A stretch of 63,741 nucleotides of DNA, the filler included, from Octopus bimaculoides (lineage: Eukaryota): NCBI RefSeq assembly GCF_001194135.2. It is 8 parts of 8 records of this genome, joined end to end, with 100 filler letters (N's around TTAATTAATTAA, not from the genome) between each part and the next. Parts side by side here need not be neighbours in the genome. Positions count along the whole stretch, not along the records: positions 18,409 to 32,894 come from NC_068981.1; positions 32,995 to 43,334 come from NC_068990.1; 6 more parts are not named here. One strand, written 5' to 3'. The position numbers and the translations under genes were made by a program. Below the pieces are notes generated by a model, which had not been told where the DNA came from, ran no database searches, and was given only the letters and a program-made list of their open reading frames with translations. This document shows, piece after piece, positions 25,791 through 38,235 of the stretch (the first letter of the stretch is position 1; every line of letters begins with the position of its first letter).

Positions 25791-27322
25791 CATGATCGAC
25801 GGTCTGAAAGGTCTAGACATACATGCATACATATATATAGATATGTATGTGTTTATATGTTTATATTTCTCTCTCACTCTCTCTCTCTCTCTCTCTCTCT
25901 CNNNNNNNNNNNNNNNNNNNNNNNNNNNNNNNNNNNNNNNNNNNNNNNNNNNNNNNNNNNNNNNNNNNNNNNNNNNNNNNNNNNNNNNNNNNNNNNNNNN
26001 NNNNNNNNNNNNNNNNNNNNNNNNNNNNNNNNNNNNNNNNNNNNNNNNNNNNNNNNNNNNNNNNNNNNTATATATATCTGTGTGTGTGTGTATCTGTGTG
26101 TGTATGTACGTAAGTATGTATGTATATATGAATGTACATATGTATAGCTTTATGCATTCTTATACATACGTACATGTGTGTGATCGTTTCTGTGCATTTA
26201 TGTCTGTTCACATATAATCACGTAGATATGGACTGTCTGTTTATAAATCGTGCTAATACGACTTCATTTTAGAAAGTAGTTAGGATTGGTTAAAATGGCT
26301 CTTAAAAGAAAATCGATCTTGTTCTTTTCGTTACTTTTCGTATAAATGCATTTGACGTGTTCTTCATTTTTTTTTTATTTCGTTTTAAAGCGATGATTTA
26401 ATTTTTTTTTTTTTCATTTCAAAAGTATAAAATTCCTAACTAATTTAATGATTTCATGTCTATAAAACAATTTTAACATCATTATTTTATCTAATTGAAT
26501 TTCTTTCACGCACATCAAATGAAGAAAATGCATAAAAATACAATGTAAGATGGCATTTTTCGTCCATTTCTTTTACATTTGTTTGATCTAATTCCTAAAG
26601 TAATTACCTCTAGAGCTTTTACGCTAATGGGCTACCTGAACGATTCACTCAAATATTTTTGTCTGAAGGCTAACACAGAAAGGTCGAACAGAGAATAACG
26701 TCAGTAAATTCTTATATATTCCATTATTTCAATTTCTCAGTCAATTTTAGGTAAGAATTATTATGTGTACAGGATTTTCCTTCTTATAGTTTCTACCGAT
26801 ACTTTTTGTAATAGCTATTTATCTATATAAAATACTATCATTTCTTTTTCTATTTATGAATATTTTTGTATCCTGTAATGTGTTTATGGACAATGTTTTC
26901 ACTTAATGCAATATTAAAAATAAATTGGGAAATATTCTCTGGGAAACATTCTTACTCTAAAAGTTTTGATATTTGTTAAAATGTAATTACGTAATCATGA
27001 GATAGTTTGGAATTTATAATTTTACTTGTTCTTAGCATAAAATAAGTTTTAAATATACCTGTAAAATGTTTAGAATAATAGATTATACATTTTTAAATAT
27101 CTAAAAACATTTGCTCTCATCACTGTGAACTACTGCAGAAAATTGATGTTACTTAATGGAAATATCTAATTTGGTAAAGGAATGCATGGCATTCAGGATC
27201 GATCTTTATAGAAGTAGACATGAAATGTAGACTTGAACGTTAACTTTTCTACATTGAGTTACTTCGTACAATGGTAAAAGATCAGATCAGATTTCTTTTC
27301 TCCCTTCTGTCATTTATGACAG

Positions 27323-27377
27323 AGAGAATAAACATGCGAAATAAATATGGAAAGGGATTATATAAGTATTTTTTCAA
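27323..27377 (+). CDS. Candidate first coding exon (MRNKYGKGLYKYFF) of an unknown plus-strand gene
   Basis: Long polypyrimidine acceptor ttttctcccttctgtcatttatgacag, donor AA|GTAAGA, ATG at 27334; an upstream donor TAG|GTAAGA at 26750 could end a UTR exon. Confidence 0.3.
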
Positions 27378-28113
27378 GTAAGATTTTCCTACTATAATGC
27401 AGAAATATTAATTCCGAAATACCCATAACAGCTTTAGCAATTTAGTATTTTCTTGGTCGCTTCAACTTGAACGTCGCATATACTTTATACTCATATTTTT
27501 GTTATTAGAATGAATATAAAAGCGCCCCATACCCACCATATTTGAGCTTTGATTCAGAGGTTCATATAACAATGCAAAGATCTCAAGTGTCTATATGATT
27601 TTAAGTTTTTAGTCTTTCTTTAATCTGTCAAAAGTGTTCTTGTCGATAATCATCTCCAAAATAAATTAAGTAAAAGTTCCAATAAAATCTGATGCGAGAC
27701 GTTGCAGTTTGGGTCACATGAAACATGGTGATCAAAAGGATACTATTCGCATTTGAAAGTAGAAATAGGTTGCATGTTTTAAAATAAGCAGTAAGATTTC
27801 AATAGTCAATATGACTGTAATTCATAAAACACAATATATTACCTGCAGATGAGAGAAATTGGATAATATGTTACATATGCTGGCTTAGAGTTCTGCAAAG
27901 ATTTAGGAAGTTACCTTTGAACTTCTAGACGTAAAACTTGCGGAACATTTTATTCTAAATAGATCGATTTTGCCACGTATAAAACACAAGCAACTTATAA
28001 GAAAGAGATAGAATCTATGCATCTTCATCTCATTAAAAATCTTCACATTGTCCCGGAAACAAAAGGAAATTTGACTCCAGAATCAAACTAGCTATTCATT
28101 TTGCGATTCTACA

Positions 28114-28144
<31 letters not shown>

Positions 28145-28145
28145 C

Positions 28146-28194
<49 letters not shown>

Positions 28195-30294
28195 CATGAA
28201 AAATTCNNNNNNNNNNNNNNNNNNNNNNNNNNNNNNNNNNNNNNNNNNNNNNNNNNNNNNNNNNNNNNNNNNNNNNNNNNNNNNNNNNNNNNNNNNNNNN
28301 NNNNNNNNNNNNNNNNNNNNNNNNNNNNNNNNNNNNNNNNNNNNNNNNNNNNNNNNNNNNNNNNNNNNNNNNNNNNNNNNNNNNNNNNNNNNNNNNNNNN
28401 NNNNNNNNNNNNNNNNNNNNNNNNNNNNNNNNNNNNNNNNNNNNNNNNNNNNNNNNNNNNNNNNNNNNNNNNNNNNNNNNNNNAATCAGAATTTGGCTTT
28501 CATTTACCGAGAAGTAAAGACAATGACGCGAAAATTATTTATAATACTTGATAGTCGCTCAAAGATTAACATTATTAAAGAGGGAAACTGGAGGTTTTCT
28601 TATTCAGAAGAGATTCCATTGAAATTATCATCTTACAGTTCAATAGAAATAAGTTAGTTTTTTGTTTTCTTTTCGAAAATCTTCATTACCTTTGATTAGA
28701 GATCAAGTTATAATAATGTTAATGAAAAGGAGCTGAAAAAGTTCAAGAAACTAATTTCAAACTGTGTAGGAACTGATCAAATATATACTCTTCAGTAGTT
28801 TAATTCAGCACGGAGTCTATCAAACGGTTATTTAAAGTAGAATAAATCGATTAGAAGGACTCAAGATATATAATTACATTTATCGGAAGAAATAAGAAAC
28901 AATAATTATATTTTCAAATACTTGTGTAATAGGTTCTTCGAAGTGTAGATTCGAATGTATTCTCTTTTTGTTAGCGTATGCATTTTATTCTGCACTTTTT
29001 TGAATCCCCCAGAATCTTAGTCTTCTAAGGTGTACTCGTAAAATTGAGGACTTTCTTAAGAATTGCTCTAACTCAGATACGAAAAGTGTTTCATAGGAAC
29101 AACACATCGAATTTAATTGTTTTTTCTTTTCCTTTTGTTATTAGATAGCGTGGAGATAGTGATAAATTTTATCATTAGGGACAATGATTACGTCAAAATA
29201 TTGCAATTTCTGTGGAGTGGTAGGTCGATTAGAATGACCTCAGAACTAAGCTGTTCCTTATTTTATTGACCCCCAAAATATTGAAAGCCAAAGTCGACCT
29301 CGGCAGACTTTGAACTCAGAACGCAAAGACAGACAAAATGCCGCTAAACACTTTGCCCAGCGTGCTAATGATTCTGAGAGCTAGCTGCGTTAATTACATC
29401 AAAATATTGATGTTTTGATCGTTGGTGCTGGTTAATAAAGCTATTACTTATAATGCCGTTTTCATTTATCGGAAACGCCTCTGTGTTTATTTGATAAGAC
29501 TCAATTTAAAATAAAATATGGGCACTTTACAGAAATATCAAGCTGTATAAGCTGGAATTAAGTGCAAGACAAGGTAATGTCTTAATATTTGAGAGAACAA
29601 GAGGTATTCTATGTTGTTGCTCAACTTGTTAGAAACAGTAACAAATGTCTCTCAAGTTACATACTACGAGAGAAAAAATAGAGTACGTTCGTAGCTTCAA
29701 TGCTTCATCATAAGCAGAATCACCAAGAATAATTTTGCTAAAACGAAGCATAGTTGTTTTCTGGTCGAATCGGAGTAGGATCCTCTCTTAATTCAAGAGG
29801 AAGGTAAAATTTCTGGATGGATATGTGTCTGTCAGATATTCAGAGCTGACTCTGACTATTGTAGAGCTTCGACATGTTTCCTCCATTAGAATTGATCTGG
29901 GACTAAACTGCAAAAAGAGTCAATGTCTGCCGAGCAAGCACACTGGAAACATTTCAGTTTCCAGCATCTCAGTTATTTGATATTTCTGTAAAGTGCCCAT
30001 ATTTTATTTTAAATTGAGTCTTACCAAATAAACACAGAGGCGTTTCCGATAAATGAAAACGGCATTATAAGTAATAGCTTTATTAACCAGCACCAACGAT
30101 CAAAACATCAATATTTTGATGTAATTAACGCAGCTAGCTCTCAGAATCATTAGCACGCTGGGCAAAGTGTTTACTCTCTTAATATATAGCGATAACTCTG
30201 TAGATCCGTTCATTAGCCCTTATTTTATGATCAGAGTAAATGATCATCTATTGTATGAGAAAATAGAGCATTTTGTTTCAGTCATTGGACTTCA

Positions 30295-30527
30295 GTACAT
30301 TATGTACATTATTTACATTTGAAGGATATATGTCCTCATCTTGTCTGTTGTTAACACAACGTTTCGTCTGATATACCCTCCAGCCTTCATCAGGTATCTT
30401 GGAGAAATTTCGAACCTGGGTTCTCATTCCTAAGGTATTTTTCGATGTTGTTGTTGTTGTTGTTGTTATTGTTGTTGTTGTTGTTGTTCTTGTTGGTGCT
30501 GTTGTTGTTGTTGTTGTTGTTGTTGTT

Positions 30528-30607
<80 letters not shown>

Positions 30608-30686
30608 CTACCTGGAATCGAACTCGGAATCTTGGGGTTAGTAGTAATGGTTAAGAGCGCGGGCTACAAACCCCAAGATTCCGAGT
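30295..30686 (-). mobile_element. tRNA-headed SINE-like element (family E): head, (AAT)(AAG)(AAC) microsatellite, Penelope-like tail with hammerhead motif
   Basis: B box GAGTTCGATTCC at 30611-30625 (-); tail contains CTGATGA...GAAAC; 5' part of the head inverted. Confidence 0.7.
30353..30398 (-). ncRNA. Minimal type-I hammerhead ribozyme motif
   Basis: Minus strand GATAC-CTGATGA-A-GGCTG-GAGGGTATAT-CAGAC-GAAA-CGTT-GTGTT: conserved core, stem II 4/5 pairs, palindromic ACGT stem III (dimer type), 5-bp stem I with two GU pairs. Confidence 0.6.
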
Positions 30687-32994
30687 AACCGACGGAGTGC
30701 CAACCACCACTTTGGCTGAAGACCAGAAATTTCAGGAGAGGAGGCAAGTCGATTACATCGATTCCAGTAATCCACTGGTACTTATTTTATCAACCCCATA
30801 AAGATGAAAAGCAAATCGACCTCGGAGGAATTTGAATTCAGAACGTAAAGGCAGACGAAATGTCACGCAGCATATTCTCCGGAGTCCTTACGCTTCTGTA
30901 ACTCGGTGCTTTCAACGCTCTCAATATTAAATTACGTGGCATATGTATTGTGTGAGTTGTTATAGCATTGGTAAGTGATTGTGTAGAAAGCGTGATGTGT
31001 CTCTTCTAATATAACCATGAAGAAATAGTTGAATGGGATTAATATCGGCCTTCTGTGTCACTGAAATCCTTTTGGGATTGACATTTTTGATCTCGTAAAC
31101 AGCTTTGGTGAATAAATTTATCCAAGTCTCTAGCATCAATGTCTTATGGTATTTATTGTTATATTTAGAGGTTATACTATTCTTTTCTATCGGTTTAATA
31201 AAAGAAGCTGAAATTTGGAAATTAATCTTCGTCTTAGTTACTTCTTTTGACAGTGGAAACGAAAGATTGCTATCTATATGTGGATATTGCATATAAGAAA
31301 AAAGTCACCTGGCGATATAATTATTATCTGAAATTTATACGTAACACTCCAGCTTCCTGGAAGAAAACTTACGGATTTCTAACTTGAGCACGATGCTTTA
31401 AATGTGAGGAAGTGTATAGATTAAATAACCATACTAGACACCTTCTGAAGTTAAATTACTGATCTTGGAGTGACTGAAACAGAAAACTCGCCATCGACGA
31501 AATTTGAACGCAGAACTCAAAGGAATGCAACGAAATATAACAGAGCATTTCGTCCGCTACTCTCAAAATTATACCAATACATTGCTATATTTTGTGGATT
31601 ATCTAATAGCGATCTTCTGAGGGTTGTCGATTAACATAGTCAAAGATTTAGCAGTGAAAATAATTGTGTCATATAATCATAAGACTCGATTTTCCGACGT
31701 CGAAGCTTACTGTGGTTACTATATCAATTTAATGTACTGCTGCCAGATAATACTTATCATTTGGAACCAGTCAAAATAAAGTTCTTACTTTAAGCAGCTA
31801 TATACTTCCCCGAACTCCTACTGCATCGTGTTCAAAGCTTTGTGCTATAAATTATGTTAATACCATTTTCACATTGATAACTTCAAGAACTTCCAATACG
31901 CTTATGATATTAACATGACTTCAATCCTTACTAACATTATTTTTGTTTATTTCCTTTTTTTATTATCATAATTGAAGAAATAGTAATTAAGGATCAAGGA
32001 ATCGACAGATGGTCTCAGTCAGCAAAATCCATGAAATTTGTTACGATATATACTGTGTATTTTTGTTAATAATATATGTTTAAAGTTTACTTCTAAATTA
32101 TTCACTGCAATACACTCAATCTGACATAGATATAAAGCCTCCAAGAAGCTGTATTACACATTCTTTTCCACATTTTTCGGCTATTAAGTATTTCTCTTTA
32201 ACTGACACGTTGTCTTTTTTTTTTATTACACCAGAAATATTGCCAATACAATACTTGGAATAGCACCCGCTTGAAAATAATCTTCGTTCATGGAACCACG
32301 ACAGAACCATATATGAGATCCGCCATTCCACTTGCTGGGTATAGAAGTTAAATAATTCTCCAATCACATCCCATCATAAGAAAGATAAATATGACGCATA
32401 GTAATATACTGATTTCAAATTTTGAGACAAGGCTACCAAGTTCAGGGGAAGGCATAACTCGAGTACAACGAGTATTCACCTTGTAATTATTCTATCGATC
32501 CCAAAACAATGAAAGGCAAAATTGACCTTGGCGGCATCTGACTGCAGAACGTAAAGACGGATGGAATGCCACAAAGCGTTATGCCAGGACTGCTAACGAT
32601 CCTGCCAGTCCGACGTCTTATGTAACATATATATATATATATATATACAAGAATAAGGGCAGGGAATCGTCAATTAATAATAGAATTAATAATTAACAAT
32701 TTTGCCAAGTAGTTCAGTATGAAAAAACCTTTATCGGTAAAACCATTTATCATCATAAATATACAGGGATTAGCATTGAGTTGCTTCTCCAACATACTGA
32801 AAATTTAGAAATAGCAGTCAAAGAACTACTGATTCTAAACTACATTTTTTTCTCTAAACGGATGGCGATATTTATGGCACACATAGAACAAAAANNNNNN
32901 NNNNNNNNNNNNNNNNNNNNNNNNNNNNNNNNNNNNNNTTAATTAATTAANNNNNNNNNNNNNNNNNNNNNNNNNNNNNNNNNNNNNNNNNNNN

Positions 32995-33069
<75 letters not shown>

Positions 33070-33567
33070 TCACTCACACACTCACATCCATATATATGTA
33101 TATATATATATCTTTTCTACTAAAGGTACAAGGTCTGAAATTTTGTGGCAGACGACTACATGGACCTCAGTACTCAGCTGGTACAAATTTTATCGCCCCG
33201 TTGGGGGATCGATAAAAAAAAGAACCAGTCCAAGGCGATAGGTGGATGGACTATAAAAACGATGTATGAGGTGCTTTGCTCTACTTGTTCCGGCCGTTTG
33301 CATCGTCCTTACTTCCAATCCCGTTTCCACCTACTTGGTAGCAAGTGTATCTCAGCCTGCTTTGCAGCATCTCATGCTACTTCGGGTGCCTGTAAGAAAG
33401 CCCACTCTCTTGCAAGCAAACAAGCCAATCCTTTGGTTTAAGGATGCATTCCTTCCTCTAGTTTCACAGAATCTATAACGAGTCCTACAAATGTCCTCAC
33501 TCCTGGCAAAAAGATTAAAAAGTATGTGAAAGCACACGTTTATTTATATTCAAACATTTAAACTCAC

Positions 33568-33598
33568 CGTGTAAAAAGACCTCGTTCTTTGCTTCTTT
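33568..33598 (-). CDS. Candidate 31-bp micro-exon (KEAKNEVFLH or ERSKERGLFTR depending on phase)
   Basis: Long pyrimidine tract ending tttcattctctccag and consensus donor ACG|GTGAGT; both phase 0-1 and phase 1-2 readings are open. Confidence 0.4.
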
Positions 33599-35320
33599 CT
33601 GGAGAGAATGAAAGGGAAAGTGATAGAGAGTGAGAGAAAGAGGAGAAGAATGGAGAGAAAGTGTACATGTACACATCGAGAGTGAGTCTGTTTTCATTTA
33701 ATGTACTTATACATGTAAACATCTTTACAATTTATCCATATGTACTGTCTGGATTTTAGGTCTTTATGAATCTCTATGCGTGCGTACATATGTATGTGTG
33801 AGTGAATCTCTTTATTTCTTTGACAATCAACGTCACTCTCTATCGTTATCTTTCTAAATATCTGTCTATTAATCGATTCACTTTCCTTTCTTTTATTTCT
33901 TTATCCTCTTTCTTTCTCTTACTCTTTTCAGAGATTATCTCATCTTTCCTCTTTTCTCAGCCTAACCCACTCATTCTATCTTTGTCTCTCTGTTTCGCTC
34001 TCTCTCTGTCTTGTGCGCACGCTCACCATTAGTACCAACATCAACTCCAGCATTGCTAACTGTAACATAATGCAGTTTGTGATAGAAAAGAATATATACT
34101 TGTAGCCTTCACCTGGACTACATCCATTTTTTCCCGCTAAGTACGACACAGGGTGAAACTATAGCTGTCTCCAGTTGACTGTGAACACATTGATATAAAA
34201 ATGGTAAAAACGGTTGGAATATAGCATGACCTATTGGAATTAGCATGACATTCAAGAATTATAGAATTTCTAGTTTTTTCAGTTGTTAGAAGTTAAGTCC
34301 ATAAGTGTCGGCTGTACCAATGAATATTGTCAAACATGGAGTCTCTATGTCAGAAAGGATCTGCAATCGTATTTCAAAATAGCCACTGATGAAATCTCTA
34401 AAAATCCCACATGAATATTATGAAATAGCTAAAACTGTAATGCTAAAAAAGTAATTTAATATAAATTATCTCTGGATAATTTATATTAAATTATAACGAT
34501 CATAATTTTTAATCCGTACAAATGCAGACATATGTTCAAATGCGTTTACTGTTCGCCCACACCTGTACATGACTACTCGGTCTGCTAGAAAATATGAAAC
34601 CAAATATAGCTAAAATCACATCCTGCTGTTGACAAGTACAAGGTTATATCAGAGTATGTATCTCAGGGGTACAATATACCTGGGAAGAAAAAGGTGGGGT
34701 GGTCATGATTAGTAACTCTTCCGACATAAGTTAAGGACGACTTAGGAATAAAACCAACAAGAAAAACCACGTTTGCAGTTAAGAATGCATACTGAACTAT
34801 TGATTGCTGCAAGTTAAGTTAACTAGAGAATACACACCGCAGGCAATAAAATAATGAATCAATCAAATATTGAAGTGGTTTACATTAACTGTACCCCTAT
34901 TGTGTACCCTTTATCAGAGTCAGGAATCCTTATTAAGTTTTATTTATTAATTACGTCTAAGTTCGAATCTTACTGAGATCGATTATATCATTTACATTCT
35001 GGGACTCATTAAAATTAATGTAATTCGAATACTGGATTCAATTAAGCAGAAATGCGCTCTTCTTGTATCGAAAGTTTGGTCTTTGCTAAAGTCAAAGATA
35101 TTGATAATTGATTTTGTTATCAGTTATACTGTTGAACAAAGTTTGCTTCAAGCTCTGTTTCACTTGTTAAATTATTTGTTTTCTGCAACCAAAATTAGAT
35201 TTATTCTGCTTACATTCTTGTTATTATACCAAGAAAGGAAGGGAGGGCTTAATTGTTATATCGCTACCATTTAGTCGAAGAGATAATTTTAAATGTCATT
35301 CATTTCTTGTTTACGGGTAG

Positions 35321-35421
35321 AAAAGTTAATCCGTGCTGATGATGAGAAAAGATTCCTGTATAACCTAAGACAATTTTCTTCATCTGAAGAGCGGAAAACT
35401 TACATGAATATTTCCAGTATT
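35321..35421 (+). CDS. Candidate exon (E)KLIRADDEKRFLYNLRQFSSSEERKTYMNISSI of an unknown plus-strand gene
   Basis: Acceptor catttcttgtttacgggtag; only the phase-1 frame is open (46 codons); donor position uncertain (ATT|GTAAAC assumed). Confidence 0.3.
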
Positions 35422-35499
35422 GTAAACAGTTGTAGTAATTACAATAGAAACAAAATACATTGAAGTTAACTTTCACAAAAGCACAAAAGCGGGGTCGAG

Positions 35500-36012
35500 T
35501 AGGGGAGACCGGGTCTAGTTGTTAAACGGGTAAGGTGTTACAAGCCCATTGTTTCCAACTTCAAGAAGTAGGTGGTACTCGAGTCTCTACATCGTGAAGG
35601 CCAACTCCATAGCATCATGACCACACACGTGTATTGTATTGTCAGGCTGTCACCAGGAAAAGTATGGCTCAAACAACGATTTTTTAGTCCAAAAGGGAAA
35701 TTTTGTCACAAAGTTATTTCCTTAACTACTAAAGCATAAGTGATGTTACTGAAGTAGTTTGTGGCTCATTAGGAAGTGTTGGAAGTTGCCTTCGATGTGT
35801 CCTGGATGTCATGCATTGCTAGTGCTGTGTACGAGGCAAACTCCAGAAATCCATGGTCGGGGCTAATTGTTACAGTGTATCAACTTATCCATTCTATTTC
35901 AGTTTAATATGCCATGCCTAGAAATTACAAAAGGAAACTACAACAAGGGGGATACCCCGCCCCTGATATCATGGAAAGAGCCGTCAGAAAAGTTGTGGAT
36001 GTAAAATTCCTA
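35500..36012 (+). mobile_element. 5' end of a pogo/Fot1-like (Tc1/mariner superfamily) DNA transposon, truncated
   Basis: Terminus TA-GGGGAGACCGGG, internal echo of the terminus at about 35856, ORF start at 35914 MPRNYKRKLQQGGYPAPDIMERAVRKVVD like HTH-psq N-termini. Confidence 0.7.
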
Positions 36013-36129
36013 TGAAAACAACAATGCGGTTCGAATATAATAGGCCTGATATATTACTATGGCCCATGGAATAAAATAAAGTACTGACGTAGCAGATGCG
36101 AACGATTGGTCTAAAACTGAGGGAGAATA

Positions 36130-36517
36130 TTTGTTGTTGACACTCCGTTGGTTACGACGACGAGGGTTCCACTTGATCCGATCAACGGAACAGCCTGCCC
36201 GTGAAATTAACGTGCAAGTGGCTGAGCACTCCACAGACACGTGTACTCTTAACGTAGCTCTCGAGGAGATTCAGCGTGACACAGTGTGATAAGGCTGACC
36301 CTTTGAAATACAGGCACAACAGAAACAGGAAGTAAGAGTGAGAGAAAGTTGTGGTGAAAGAGTATAGCAGGGTTCGCCACCATCCCCTGCCGGAGCCTCG
36401 TGGAGCTTTTAGGTGTTTTCGCTCAATAAACACTCACAACGCCCGGTCTAGTAATCGAAACCGCGATCCTACGACCGCGAGTTCGCTGTCCTAACCAATG
36501 GGCCATTTCGCCTCCAC
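36130..36517 (-). mobile_element. tRNA-derived SINE (family C), full length with TSD
   Basis: Head GTGGAGGCGAAATGGCCC...GGTTTCGATTAC; (AAC)n tail; TSD TGAGGGAGAATA at 36118-36129 and 36518-36529. Confidence 0.9.
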
Positions 36518-37847
36518 TGAGGGAGAATAGAATAGCTCTGATAAAATACAGGCGGAATTCTCAGCTCATATACCTTACTATAGATTCTTGTTTATACGTA
36601 TTATTATAGCTGCATTAAGGCATATGACACAAAATTTACATAAAAGCCAGGAAATGCTGGGTTTTCTTAAATAAAAAGAAGGAAACAAAATATACTTGCA
36701 TCATCCTGATCTATTCAGCAAGTGGTGCAGCAAAAATTTGTTAAGCTTTTCAAGATTCTCCGTTTGAGTTTCCCCAAGTGAAGATATACACACGATCCAA
36801 ATTAAGTAGATGACACACACGTTACATAAAGCGTAATTACACACATTTATATAAAACGAGACGGATTGCTTGAATCCAATTGTACCCACACATGCATCTA
36901 CAATTATACTCTCATTAACTCAATTACACGTTCACAAACCTCTGGAACTGTCCTGACTGAAAGAAAAAAGAAATGCCTTGTCATTTTGTTTGTGACCAAC
37001 GTAAATCGTGTGAAGTACTTAACTATATCAAAGAATTACATGCATATGCACCCATTCATACGTACATCATGCACACATATATGTATGTACATAACACTGA
37101 ACTTCATTTGAAAAAGATCGTTGAAGAGCTGTTAGCGTTGTGGTTTGTTTTAAGAATAACTGCAATTAACATAACAAATTTTAGTTAAAGCATGCTCATT
37201 TATAATTTATATCCTAATAACCTTGGAGGTAATGAAATTTTCTGCGTTACTTTCGGTAATTAGAACTGTATATCTATCTCTAACGATTAGCCTTACTTCA
37301 TGTGCTTTCTCTGTAGTTTAATTTCACAATCTTTGAGATTTTCTTCTGGATTTTTGTTTTCAATATTTTTTTTTTTTTTAGTTTTGCCTTTGTTTCTGTT
37401 AAATCTTTCTGCTTTTCGCTAAAGCAAACGCCTGCCAGTGTAGCAGAGAAAAATATCTAAGCATCTATCTTGTTCAACTTTGCGAACACGAACATGTAAT
37501 GATCATTAGGATAATTTGAAAAGAAACATGAAACAGAAAGTGACACTCATATCCCTCCGAGAAACTGGAAAATTCAGTTGAACAACAGCAAAAAAAAATA
37601 ATTAAAAAAATAGACCGAGACCATTTCATTGAGTAGGAGCACATCAATCCTGCAGACGATAAGAAGGAACAAACCAAGCTAAAAATCTGTCATGGAATTA
37701 CCGATTGAAGCTTACAGTCATGCGATGAAGAAGTTTTTACATAAAAGAGAGAAAAAATATCAAGTGGAAACTTATGTAGATTATGCAAAACCGGATCAAA
37801 GGAATATTGGTGGGATTTAGAAATCAAAAGAAAGTAGTATCCAAATT

Positions 37848-38235
37848 GTTGTGTGTTGGCACTCGGTCGCTTACGACGTCGAGGGTTCCAGTTGATCCGA
37901 TCAATGGAACAACCTGCTCGTGAATTTAACGTGCAAGTGGCTGAGCACTCCACAGACACATGTACCCTTAACGTAGTTCTGAGGAGATTCAGCGTGACAC
38001 AGAGTGTGACAAGGCTGGCCCTTTGAATTATAGGCCAGCAGAAACAGGGAGTAAGAGTGAGAGAAAGTTGTGGTGAAAGAGTACAGCAGGGTTCGCCACC
38101 ATCCCCTGCCGGAGCCTCGTGGAGCTTTAGGTGTTTTCGCTCAATAAACACTCACAACGCCCGGTCTGGGAATCGAAACCGCGATCCTATGACCGCGTGT
38201 CTGCTGCCCTAACCACTGGGCCATTGCACCTCCAC
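37848..38235 (-). mobile_element. Family C SINE, full length with TSD
   Basis: TSD AGTATCCAAATT at 37836-37847 and 38236-38247. Confidence 0.9.

Noticed and set aside
30960-31292. 110-aa minus-strand ORF in AT-rich unique DNA
   Set aside because: No recognisable motif or convincing splice signals; length is attainable by chance
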